Source of the DNA: a virus
Lineage: Duplodnaviria; Caudoviricetes
Strand: one strand, 5' to 3'
Length of the DNA: 34,635 nucleotides
IMG/VR virus record: IMGVR_UViG_3300006065_000009
Coordinates: 1-34,635 of that record
How positions within the stretch are numbered: position 1 is the first letter of the stretch; the number at the start of each line of letters is the position of its first letter. Made by a program: the position numbers and the translations under genes. The notes beneath the pieces were generated by a model. The model was not told where the DNA came from. It worked only from the letters and a program-made list of their open reading frames with translations, and searched no databases. Below, one piece after another: positions 26,898 through 34,458 of this stretch.

Positions 26898-27535
26898 TAT
26901 TTTTGCTTTGACGGTTTAGATAACTCTTCTTCTATATCTTTAATCACCTCTCGAAGTATCGCAAGACAGTGAGAACCATAAGAGTGCTTATCGTTATCCC
27001 TCTTCTTTATTGATTTCTGTATCTCACTAAAAACCTTCTCTGTCCTCTCGGATAGTAGTTGAGATATGAGGTTAGTTACCCTTTTTCTTGTAATATCTTC
27101 AAACTCCCCCCTGTCAATCAACTCCCTATCTCGTCTGCTTCTTTCTTCATTGGCCATTGTTATCTCTCTTACTAACCATTCTACCTCTCTCCACCCCTCT
27201 TGCTTCTCTGGTTTAAACATCTTTTCTACTTCCTCTCTCGTTTTCCACTCTACTTTGTAGTCAGTTCTTCCTGTAAAATCAGGTACTAATGGGTCTACTA
27301 TAACTTTTTCTGGTTCTGTGTTTATATATTCCCTCTCTGGTTGCTTCTCTGATTTACTTCCTGATAATTCTCCTAAAACTCTTACCCTCTTCTCATATTC
27401 TATCCCCTCTGGTTGCTTCTGGGATTGGTTTAATTGGTCTATTATCTCGTTGATTTTTATAGTAATATCAATAATAACTGCCGATACACTTTCACCAACA
27501 ATTTGGTCGCTTTTTAACTTCTCTATCTTCTTCAT
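26897..27535 (-). CDS. Mosaic hypothetical protein B (anchor-segmented)
   Basis: Shares six short anchors with 24157..24963. Confidence 0.7.
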   Translation of the reverse strand: MKKIEKLKSDQIVGESVSAVIIDITIKINEIIDQLNQSQKQPEGIEYEKRVRVLGELSGSKSEKQPEREYINTEPEKVIVDPLVPDFTGRTDYKVEWKTREEVEKMFKPEKQEGWREVEWLVREITMANEERSRRDRELIDRGEFEDITRKRVTNLISQLLSERTEKVFSEIQKSIKKRDNDKHSYGSHCLAILREVIKDIEEELSKPSKQK

Positions 27536-27539
27536 AACT

Positions 27540-27917
27540 TTATTTAGTTAATTTAATTAAATCAGAAAACACTTGTTCTTGTATCTCTGTCATAGCATAA
27601 GTAAAAGCTTCCTCACTATTCCTATCTAAACTAATTCCTGCGTTTCCTAGTGCACGGAATACAAAGTGTAGTAGTTCGTGTGTGATTACCAATATGTCTT
27701 GCAAGTCCCAACTGAACTTGGGTAAATAAATCATATCGGGCATTTCTCCAACACTCTCATAATAACCACCCTGTCCGTCGAAACTCTCATAGGTTATATG
27801 GTACTTCTCTTTGGTATACCCCACAAAATCTTCCCCGTTTCCGATAAATACAGTCAGGTTCGTGTTATAAATTGGCAATTGGTATGTCTTGATATAATTC
27901 TTCTCCTTCTCACCCAT
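27540..27917 (-). CDS. Putative Zn metallopeptidase-like protein
   Basis: ITHELLH (HExxH)...SEEAFTY. Confidence 0.65.
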   Translation of the reverse strand: MGEKEKNYIKTYQLPIYNTNLTVFIGNGEDFVGYTKEKYHITYESFDGQGGYYESVGEMPDMIYLPKFSWDLQDILVITHELLHFVFRALGNAGISLDRNSEEAFTYAMTEIQEQVFSDLIKLTK

Positions 27918-28158
27918 TGTTTTTACTTTGTTTAATGTTAGATAATTCTTGTATTTTCTTTAACTTATCTTTCAGCATCTCATTTTCATCTTCCATTTTC
28001 TTAATCTCTCTCATATACAACCTGTAGAACTCTGTTGCTGGTGTCATCAAAACGGTACTCTTACCTGTCTTATAATTGTCTTCCCAAGCAAGATACATAG
28101 AAAATCTCTCATCTATCTCGTGTAATCTTTTAATAAACTTCTCTCTCTTCTCTTCCAT
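27910..28158 (-). CDS. Hypothetical protein
   Basis: 82-aa ORF in operon. Confidence 0.6.
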   Translation of the reverse strand: MEEKREKFIKRLHEIDERFSMYLAWEDNYKTGKSTVLMTPATEFYRLYMREIKKMEDENEMLKDKLKKIQELSNIKQSKNNG

Positions 28159-28199
28159 TCTCTGTAATGATTAAATTAAACTAACCCTTAATAATTTAA

Positions 28200-28445
28200 C
28201 TAATACCCCCTCTGGTCCCGTTGGGCATAGTATTCTGCTTCGTCTTGTGCTTGTTGTTGTTCTTCATATTCTCCTTTCGCCTGTTCTTCTATTTGTGCTT
28301 CTATTTCATGTGCAAGCTTTTCCTGTTCCCCCTCTATAGAATATCTATCTTCTAAAACCACTTGTAACTCACTAATCAGCCTCTCTATGTCGTCCGTTTT
28401 CCACTCTGCGATTATATTATATTCATCATTTACTATCTTCTTCAT
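28200..28445 (-). CDS. Hypothetical acidic protein
   Basis: 81-aa ORF; starts with the shared ATGAAGAAGATAG. Confidence 0.6.
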   Translation of the reverse strand: MKKIVNDEYNIIAEWKTDDIERLISELQVVLEDRYSIEGEQEKLAHEIEAQIEEQAKGEYEEQQQAQDEAEYYAQRDQRGY

Positions 28446-28485
28446 TGGTTATTCCTTTACTTTTAATTTAGATAACTTACCATTC

Positions 28486-28734
28486 TCAAAGTTTACCAGT
28501 TATCTCAAGGGTTTTCTTTACCCTCTCATATAAATCTATGTGCTTAGAGGGGTGTATCTCTTCCCAACAATCATCACAAACTGCCGGAGTGTCATCACTT
28601 GGCTCTAAACCCCAGAGTTTCTTGCATTCTTCTTTTGCACCACTACTATCCCATTCTTCATCCAATCCATACCATTTTTTGCATTTATCACATTGCCATT
28701 CCTTTTTACCGTTTTCATTAGTTCTTCTGTTCAT
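28486..28734 (-). CDS. Zn-finger hypothetical protein
   Basis: CDKC...CDDC. Confidence 0.65.
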   Translation of the reverse strand: MNRRTNENGKKEWQCDKCKKWYGLDEEWDSSGAKEECKKLWGLEPSDDTPAVCDDCWEEIHPSKHIDLYERVKKTLEITGKL

Positions 28735-28807
28735 CTTCTCTTCTGATTAAATTAAATTAAACTACTTAGCTCTTTAACTATGTCCTCAATCATCTTGTTG
28801 TGCCTAT

Positions 28808-29020
28808 CTATTGTAATTTTCTTAAAGTATCCATCATAATCTTAAATGCTACTTCATAGTTGTTGTTCTTAACGGTATTGTATATTGGATAATAAATCGG
28901 ATAGTATCTATCCCAAGTCCAGTAATTGTAGGGAAAATAGCAATTTTGTGTTGTTGCCAAAATAGTATCTACTACAGAAAATCCCCCTGCTGTACTGTGA
29001 ACATATAAACCTGTTTCCAT
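28808..29020 (-). CDS. Hypothetical Tyr/Pro-rich protein
   Basis: 70-aa ORF with AT-rich leader. Confidence 0.5.
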   Translation of the reverse strand: METGLYVHSTAGGFSVVDTILATTQNCYFPYNYWTWDRYYPIYYPIYNTVKNNNYEVAFKIMMDTLRKLQ

Positions 29021-29054
29021 CTATATAAAAACTAAACTTAAATTAAACTACTTC

Positions 29055-29186
29055 TTAATAACTCAAAATACCTACCGTTAGCCCGCACCTATAACAAGGA
29101 GTTCGGCGGTCTAATGTAATTGTCTGAAAAACAATAGTACGCCAGTTTTAATCACTCACTAACGGTAAGTATTCTCAATTATCAAA
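29055..29186 (-). ncRNA. Stalk-closed RNA unit 4 of the array
   Basis: ATAATTGAGAATACTTACCGTTAGT pairs with GCTAACGGTAGGTATTTTGAGTTAT (25 positions, 4 G-U, 1 mismatch); preceded by TAGCTCTTTGA. Confidence 0.6.
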
Positions 29187-29190
29187 GAGC

Positions 29191-29342
29191 TAATAACCTG
29201 TATGAGATACTCTGGGTAGGGTTTCTACAACTTTTAGGTATGAGACGCAGTCTCGTTGTTACCATTGAAAGTCCTATACAGATACGCTGTAGCTACTAAG
29301 ATGCAATCTATTCGCCACCAAAGTACCTCATACAAACTATTA
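29191..29342 (-). ncRNA. Stalk-closed RNA unit 3 of the array (loosely tRNA-like interior)
   Basis: TAATAGTTTGTATGAGGTACTTTGG pairs with CCAGAGTATCTCATACAGGTTATTA (25 bp, every non-Watson-Crick pair is G-U); preceded by TAGCACTTTAA. Confidence 0.6.
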
Positions 29343-29356
29343 AAGTGCTAACCATA

Positions 29357-29430
29357 CTGGGCAGTGTAGCTCGCAACACTATTCTGCCCCCGAAGTGACT
29401 TTCGCAGTAACTACCACTAGAACTGCCCAG
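29357..29430 (-). ncRNA. Structured RNA unit 2 of the array
   Basis: CTGGGCAGT/ACTGCCCAG 9-bp closing stem with internal hairpins. Confidence 0.45.
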
Positions 29431-29437
29431 AGCCAGT

Positions 29438-29567
29438 GGAGTGTGTGTCTGCTCATACGTGCGACTTCCCTTTGTATGGTAGGGTTATTCACCCCTACGA
29501 GTAGGTCCGGCGCCTTGTGAGCGTCCAACCCACCGCAGGGAGGAACTACCCCCTGTTGGATTACTCC
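29438..29567 (-). ncRNA. Structured RNA unit 1 of the array
   Basis: After TAGCTCTTTAAAATT: GGAGT/ACTCC closing stem; TCCAAC/GTTGGA; CAGGG/CCCTG; GCTCA/TGAGC; GTAGGG/CCCTAC. Confidence 0.5.
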
Positions 29568-29580
29568 GAATTTTAAAGAG

Positions 29581-29697
29581 CTACTCTCTAATCTTTCTAA
29601 ATAATTTCTTGACTATCCAGACCAAGAAAAGTACCGGAACCGCAAGTATTAAAATTCCTAATATTATTCCAAAAATTGAACCTACTAATTCTGCCAT
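29581..29697 (-). CDS. Small membrane protein (38 aa)
   Basis: MAELVGSIFGIILGILILAVPVLFLVWIVKKLFRKIRE. Confidence 0.55.
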   Translation of the reverse strand: MAELVGSIFGIILGILILAVPVLFLVWIVKKLFRKIRE

Positions 29698-29714
29698 TGT
29701 AAGTATAAATAAAA

Positions 29715-30128
29715 TTAACTTCTTTTAACCAAACTGTTAAGAGCACTTAAGAGTGTTTCCTTTTGAGCCCTGTCCATATCTGCCGAGTTTAAAAACACTT
29801 CAGAAAGTAAAGAGTAGGCTACTGAGTAATCCAAAACGGCTTCCTTGTTAATACTTCCATTGTCAGACATACCCTGTGGAGCTTCTTTCTCAAGTAGTTT
29901 GTACCCACGAAGTGTTAATGTAGTAGCCTTGTAGTTTGCCCCGTCCTTCATTTTATTTAAAAGTCCATGCTTAACTGCTCTGTCTACCCTACTGTAAACG
30001 GTTGGTGCAGGCATATCCTCCAATAAGTCTATTAAATCTACTATCTTAGCAGGTTTCTTCTCCCGAGCGGTGATGGTGTCTACTGCTACTAAAACGTCCA
30101 TCATTTTTGCTTTTTCTTCTTTTCTCAT
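29715..30128 (-). CDS. Winged-helix DNA-binding protein
   Basis: Probable start 30128; PAKIVDL...PAPTVYSRVDRAVKHGLL...LTLRG. Confidence 0.65.
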   Translation of the reverse strand: MRKEEKAKMMDVLVAVDTITAREKKPAKIVDLIDLLEDMPAPTVYSRVDRAVKHGLLNKMKDGANYKATTLTLRGYKLLEKEAPQGMSDNGSINKEAVLDYSVAYSLLSEVFLNSADMDRAQKETLLSALNSLVKRS

Positions 30129-30148
30129 TTTATTAAAAATAATATTAA

Positions 30149-30286
30149 CTAACCAAGGTATCCCAAAAGGAAACCTACGAAGAAGGCGTATATACATATT
30201 CCGAAGAATAGTACTTTCACCATTTCGATTAACTCTGTCTTGCTCTTGCCCGCAAGGTAACTTGCCTTCTTGGTACCTTTAGACAT
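30149..30286 (-). CDS. Small membrane protein (45 aa)
   Basis: MSKGTKK...VLFFGICIYAFFVGFLLGYLG. Confidence 0.5.
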   Translation of the reverse strand: MSKGTKKASYLAGKSKTELIEMVKVLFFGICIYAFFVGFLLGYLG

Positions 30287-30314
30287 AGTGTTTTGTAAAT
30301 AAAAATTTAAATAA

Positions 30315-30512
30315 TTAAACCAAACCTAGTATTATTACTAGGATTAGCTGACAAAGAAATATCCAAAACCCTACCTGGAGTGCTACCTTTAAGGTATACA
30401 GCTCCATACTCTCTTTAGCACCTTTCTTATTTCCCATTTGACTGAAGATATAAACCGCTTCTTCAGAATATTTTAATTTGCGGATTTGATTGCTTATACT
30501 TTTCATCCTCAA
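30315..30512 (-). CDS. Small protein with C-terminal TM helix
   Basis: 65-aa ORF. Confidence 0.5.
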   Translation of the reverse strand: MRMKSISNQIRKLKYSEEAVYIFSQMGNKKGAKESMELYTLKVALQVGFWIFLCQLILVIILGLV

Positions 30513-31110
30513 TTGTTTTTAAAATTAAATTCTGGTTATCTCTAACCCACTCAATCATCTCATTATCAAAAACGACCTCCTCTAGTTCCCATGAACCGTC
30601 ATTTTTGAACACTATCACACATAAATCCTGCTTCCAGTCCATGGCGTAAGCATACATACTTAACTGCCACCTTACCTTCTTAATCTTACTACTGTCTTTT
30701 TTGTACTCCTTTCCGTTCCACGCCCCGTATGTCTTCCAATCTACTAGGGCTATTTTAGAAGTACCCTTTTTGCGAACAACCCCGTCATACCTACCTGCAT
30801 AGTTCAGCTCCTCGCACACTACCTCTTGCTCAGTACTCACCAACTCCCACTCTTTCAGAAAGCCATCAACTGCCGAGTATAACCTGCTCTCTAGCATGTC
30901 AACCTGAGGGGCTGTGAGACTCTCTAAGGCATTCATTTTGTCGCTTATGTATTCTGACACCTTATCTCCTAATACAGAGCTAGTCGCAGAGATTAAATTA
31001 CTATCTAACCCCTTGCTATCACACCATTTTGTAAAAGAACTACTATTAAATGGCTTCCTCAAGTCTATTATAGAGGTCACCGACAGATACTTACCCTCGT
31101 ATATCCTCAT
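30463..31110 (-). CDS. PD-(D/E)XK exonuclease
   Basis: YLSVTSII...EQEV...YAGRYD...LVDWKT...QLSMYAYA. Confidence 0.85.
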   Translation of the reverse strand: MRIYEGKYLSVTSIIDLRKPFNSSSFTKWCDSKGLDSNLISATSSVLGDKVSEYISDKMNALESLTAPQVDMLESRLYSAVDGFLKEWELVSTEQEVVCEELNYAGRYDGVVRKKGTSKIALVDWKTYGAWNGKEYKKDSSKIKKVRWQLSMYAYAMDWKQDLCVIVFKNDGSWELEEVVFDNEMIEWVRDNQNLILKTIEDEKYKQSNPQIKIF

Positions 31111-31112
31111 AC

Positions 31113-31556
31113 CTAAAAAGGTAAATCGTCTATATCTTCTTCTAGCATCTCTTTACTCATATCTAAAGCCCCTTGCACTTCTTCGCCCTGTCCTTTAACC
31201 CCAAACACCTTGTCTTCTAATTTCTTAACCCTTTCTTCTAATTCCTTTAAGTCTAACTCCAGTGCCTTTTTACCTGTTGCTGGTGGTTGGTAGTTAAAGT
31301 AAGTCTTACCATTAAACTCGCTTGTTGATACTGTTCCTGTTAAAGGTGTTCCTACTCCCCAATTACCAGAAACGTCAAAGTAGTCAAAGTAGGTCATCTT
31401 ACCCTTAAACTCTGGGTGGTCTACTTCTCTAGGGTCTATGTATAAATCCACCTTGGTGAAAGCGTCTCCCTTTGCAGACCTATATAGCTTCCCGTTCTGG
31501 TCTTCCTTGTTTCTAAATATCTTGTCTATAATGCAGTTTTCTATGGAATATTCCAT
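31113..31556 (-). CDS. Putative single-stranded DNA-binding protein
   Basis: OB-fold-sized beta region and acidic tail EEDIDDLPF; next to the exonuclease. Confidence 0.6.
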   Translation of the reverse strand: MEYSIENCIIDKIFRNKEDQNGKLYRSAKGDAFTKVDLYIDPREVDHPEFKGKMTYFDYFDVSGNWGVGTPLTGTVSTSEFNGKTYFNYQPPATGKKALELDLKELEERVKKLEDKVFGVKGQGEEVQGALDMSKEMLEEDIDDLPF

Positions 31557-31732
31557 TACTTTTGTTTTAATAATTTAATTCTTAGTGTATTATCACCATA
31601 AGCGTCTACACAATCTTCGGAGAGGGGGTGTAATACACCTTCTATTTCTATATACACCTTACAACCTTTTAGGGTAGTGTTCTCATAGGGTTTTAATTCT
31701 TTAAGAAACTTTTTTAATGTTATAGTTTCCAT
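31556..31732 (-). CDS. Small hypothetical protein (58 aa)
   Basis: METITLKKFLKELK...; TAATG-coupled to the SSB-like gene. Confidence 0.55.
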   Translation of the reverse strand: METITLKKFLKELKPYENTTLKGCKVYIEIEGVLHPLSEDCVDAYGDNTLRIKLLKQK

Positions 31733-32087
31733 CTTGTTTACTTTTTAATAATTTAATTTCTTCTCTTTGCTCGAGAATTATCTCTTTAGCCCTTTTTAAT
31801 TTCTCGTCATACTCCTGCGACAACTCTACCCTTAGCTTATCAATAGATTCGTTTCTGGTCTCCTTAATACTATCTGCTTTTTCTCTTATGTCTTCTTTTA
31901 GTTTGTTAAAGTACTCTTCTGTAAGCCTTTGTATCTGCTTGTCTATCTCTTTCGCTTCCATACCCTGCTCAATGTATTTAGATATCGCTACGGTAAGCCC
32001 AACATTAGAAAAAGGTACGCCCTCAATCGGCTCTTTATATGTAGCCTCTACATATATTTGCTCTTTCCCTTCTGGTATTGTATTCAT
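31701..32087 (-). CDS. Hypothetical coiled-coil protein
   Basis: 128-aa ORF. Confidence 0.6.
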   Translation of the reverse strand: MNTIPEGKEQIYVEATYKEPIEGVPFSNVGLTVAISKYIEQGMEAKEIDKQIQRLTEEYFNKLKEDIREKADSIKETRNESIDKLRVELSQEYDEKLKRAKEIILEQREEIKLLKSKQDGNYNIKKVS

Positions 32088-32104
32088 ATTTATTAATTAA
32101 TAAT

Positions 32105-32335
32105 TTAACCCATATCATCTGCACAAACTTCGCAGATATACCCAGTTCCATAACTAACCGACCTCATACTGTCCTTTGGTAATAATTCGCCACACCTAAT
32201 ACACTCTCCCATATCCTCCTCTATAACTGGTTCAAACTGGTCAATATCAATCTCTGTATTCTCCTCATCATCTTCCCATACTCCATTGCCGTTTCTCACT
32301 CCGTTCTCATCAAACCCTTCGGGTATGTTATTCAT
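32105..32335 (-). CDS. Acidic Zn-finger protein
   Basis: CIRC...CEVC. Confidence 0.6.
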   Translation of the reverse strand: MNNIPEGFDENGVRNGNGVWEDDEENTEIDIDQFEPVIEEDMGECIRCGELLPKDSMRSVSYGTGYICEVCADDMG

Positions 32336-32480
32336 GTAAATAAATATAATAATTTAGATTACCCTTAATCACTAAGCAAGGACTGTAAGTAGTGGTACAG
32401 GTCGGCTTCCTGTCTAACCTTGTACCTCGGCTGTTTTCCTTTCTAAACTAACCACTACATACTTGACATCTTTCTGTTTT

Positions 32481-32509
32481 ATGCTAACACTATACAGCCC
32501 AGTTGTCAA
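32481..32509 (-). promoter_or_regulatory. Sigma70-type promoter
   Basis: TTGACA-17 nt-TAGCAT on the minus strand. Confidence 0.55.
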
Positions 32510-32520
32510 TGCCTTATAGT

Positions 32521-32910
32521 TTAGATAACTATAAGGCTATACCCTATTTCTTCAAGCTCTTTCTTAAGGTCTTTGTACTGCTCTGGGGTTGCCTTTTTGC
32601 ACTTTAGCAAGCTCTTGTCGGCGTCCCCATGCTGTCCCACATGCTGATAGGACATAATGTAGCCATTGATTCCCTTTTCTTCTGGGAATAGTGCTACTAC
32701 TTCATCTTTGAAGATTACAAACTTTACTTTTGTTCCCCTCTCTACTTCCTCTATGTCCTTTCCTACTACAAAGTAAACCTCGTCTGCTTGGTTTGTACAC
32801 TCCCCACGCTCTAATGCCTCTTGTACTAATTGCTTTGCTTGGTCTTCATCTGTAGCTTCTACTTCTACGTAGAAAGGTGTAGTATCTACTGAAACGCTAT
32901 ATGTTTTCAT
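32521..32910 (-). CDS. Early protein with DpnD/PcfM-like N-terminus
   Basis: MKTYSVSV...VEVEATDEDQAKQLV; C-terminal VVALFP...IMSYQHVGQH. Confidence 0.6.
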   Translation of the reverse strand: MKTYSVSVDTTPFYVEVEATDEDQAKQLVQEALERGECTNQADEVYFVVGKDIEEVERGTKVKFVIFKDEVVALFPEEKGINGYIMSYQHVGQHGDADKSLLKCKKATPEQYKDLKKELEEIGYSLIVI

Positions 32911-32940
32911 ATAAATAAAATATAATAATTTAGATAATTA

Positions 32941-32969
32941 ACTATAGCATTTTCCCTTCTAGTTGTCAA
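32941..32969 (-). promoter_or_regulatory. Strong sigma70-type promoter
   Basis: TTGACA-17 nt-TATAGT with TGn extension. Confidence 0.75.
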
Positions 32970-33044
32970 GTGGTGTTCTCTTTGTTCTCTTCTAGCTCTT
33001 GTATGGGTGTTCTCTTCTTGCTCTTTAAACTGTTAGACATATCA

Positions 33045-33072
33045 AAACAAAAGGCGGTATGTTACAACCGCC
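33045..33072 (-). terminator. Intrinsic terminator
   Basis: GGCGGT-tgtaacat-ACCGCC followed by TTTTGTTTT on the minus strand. Confidence 0.7.
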
Positions 33073-33082
33073 CTATGTTTTT

Positions 33083-33265
33083 TTAATTTTCCTCTTTCAT
33101 TATTCCGTCTATACTTAATATCTCGCCTATTTCCTCGTTTTTAAACTCTTGCTCTACCTCTCTGTATTCTCCGTTCTCATACTTTTGCTCTGCCTCCTCT
33201 TTACTCTCTGCTTCTACTTCATATTCTGTGAAGCAATCAGTCTTTGTGTAGATACGGTATATCAT
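33083..33265 (-). CDS. DpnD/PcfM-like small protein
   Basis: EYEVEAESKEEAEQKYENGEY. Confidence 0.65.
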   Translation of the reverse strand: MIYRIYTKTDCFTEYEVEAESKEEAEQKYENGEYREVEQEFKNEEIGEILSIDGIMKEEN

Positions 33266-33283
33266 AACATTTAATATAATAAT

Positions 33284-33475
33284 TTAGATGTCTAACTCTT
33301 CTATTCTCTCTTTTAGCTCTTCAAGGGCGTGTACAACCTTCAGTATGTCGTAATAATCGATGTCCTTGAGGTCTGTGTCATCAATATCCCTTAACTTGTC
33401 TCTTAAGATTTTTATGTTGTTTTCATCGGCTTGAAGTAAATCTTTTAGATACTGATTGTATCTGAATGCCTTCAT
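33284..33475 (-). CDS. Hypothetical protein
   Basis: 63-aa ORF flanked by the leader motif. Confidence 0.6.
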   Translation of the reverse strand: MKAFRYNQYLKDLLQADENNIKILRDKLRDIDDTDLKDIDYYDILKVVHALEELKERIEELDI

Positions 33476-33492
33476 AGATATAAAATAATAAT

Positions 33493-33660
33493 TTAGATGA
33501 TATATAACTCTACTATTTCGAGGGCATACCCATTCTGCTTATATACAATGTCTTTTATTTTGTATTCCGCTTCTTGGATGTCGTTAGCCTCGAGCCTTAG
33601 TACTTGACTCTCTCCCTTACCATCGGAGAGCCTATACTTAAAATGAGCATAAAATCTCAT
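33493..33660 (-). CDS. Small hypothetical protein (55 aa)
   Basis: MRFYAHFKYRLSDG...LEANDIQEAE; flanked by the leader motif. Confidence 0.6.
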   Translation of the reverse strand: MRFYAHFKYRLSDGKGESQVLRLEANDIQEAEYKIKDIVYKQNGYALEIVELYII

Positions 33661-33714
33661 AACTTTAAATATTAATAATTTAGATATGTAATATATAAAA
33701 CTTAATATACTACT

Positions 33715-33738
33715 AAAAGGGCGTATCCCTACGCCCTC
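33715..33738 (-). terminator. Intrinsic terminator
   Basis: GGGCGTA-ggga-TACGCCC followed by TTTT on the minus strand. Confidence 0.7.
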
Positions 33739-33750
33739 TCTAGTATGATA

Positions 33751-34146
33751 TTAAATAACCCTGTAATCACTTGCTAGGCTATTCCACGAGCTAGTAAACG
33801 ACTTACCAACCCTTACAGGTTTGGCTATTTCCTTCTTTGTTAGTACTGTATTGTAGAACGTGTAGAGCAAATCAAAACCCATATCCATGCCACAACCACC
33901 GACCTTTACAGGCTCAGGGCTAATTTTGTTGTTGTATATACAGTTTAGTATTCTATTGTGTGAAAGTTTAAACCCGAAACGTCTTGTCATACCCGACTTG
34001 CTAACTTTTAGACTACAATAAACCTCTCTCCTTTTCATATCTCTCAATAGTTCCTTGATATCTTCTGTAAAGTTTTCGAAACTGTAAAATGTCTTATCAC
34101 CTTTTAGCCCTTCATATATTTTCGCTAATTCTTTCTTGTTCTTCAT
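33751..34146 (-). CDS. Conserved phage early hypothetical protein
   Basis: Probable start 34146; VSKSGMTR...VGGCGMDMGF motif. Confidence 0.65.
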   Translation of the reverse strand: MKNKKELAKIYEGLKGDKTFYSFENFTEDIKELLRDMKRREVYCSLKVSKSGMTRRFGFKLSHNRILNCIYNNKISPEPVKVGGCGMDMGFDLLYTFYNTVLTKKEIAKPVRVGKSFTSSWNSLASDYRVI

Positions 34147-34157
34147 AATATTTAATA

Positions 34158-34310
34158 TTAATAATTTAAAATAAACGCCAATATTAAACCCGCTAAAAAT
34201 AACAGAACGCACAACCCTAGTACTTGAAGCAATAGGGCGAACGCAAACGCCCAGAAGGATGTGTCGCTATCCTTTTGTATATCTCTCCACGACTTACTAA
34301 TACTTGCCAT
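34158..34310 (-). CDS. Small membrane protein (50 aa)
   Basis: MASISKSW...FAFALLLQVLGLCVLLFLAGLILAFIL. Confidence 0.5.
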   Translation of the reverse strand: MASISKSWRDIQKDSDTSFWAFAFALLLQVLGLCVLLFLAGLILAFILNY

Positions 34311-34314
34311 TTTA

Positions 34315-34458
34315 TTATCTTAAAATTTTATATCCGTTATCTACCAACAACATCATCAATTCTATAGAGTTCATAGAGCCAAGCCCCTTTATTGTGGCCT
34401 TTTCTCCGTCCTCTCTTACCCTAATGACGTGTTTACCTTTCACGTATATTGTAAACAT
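34315..34458 (-). CDS. Small hypothetical protein (47 aa)
   Basis: MFTIYVKGKHVIRV...; has the leader motif and an upstream promoter. Confidence 0.55.
   Translation of the reverse strand: MFTIYVKGKHVIRVREDGEKATIKGLGSMNSIELMMLLVDNGYKILR

Noticed and set aside
28766-28779. Plus-strand BoxA-like GCTCTTTAAC (also TGCTCTTTAAAC at ~33020)
   Set aside because: Antisense to local transcription and not followed by a stalk; probably chance
29045-29583. Canonical tRNA cluster
   Set aside because: No GTTC-A T-loops, standard cloverleafs or CCA ends
32920-32940. ATTTAGATAA as a XerD/dif-like site
   Set aside because: Only a partial resemblance; no XerC arm and no tyrosine recombinase in the window
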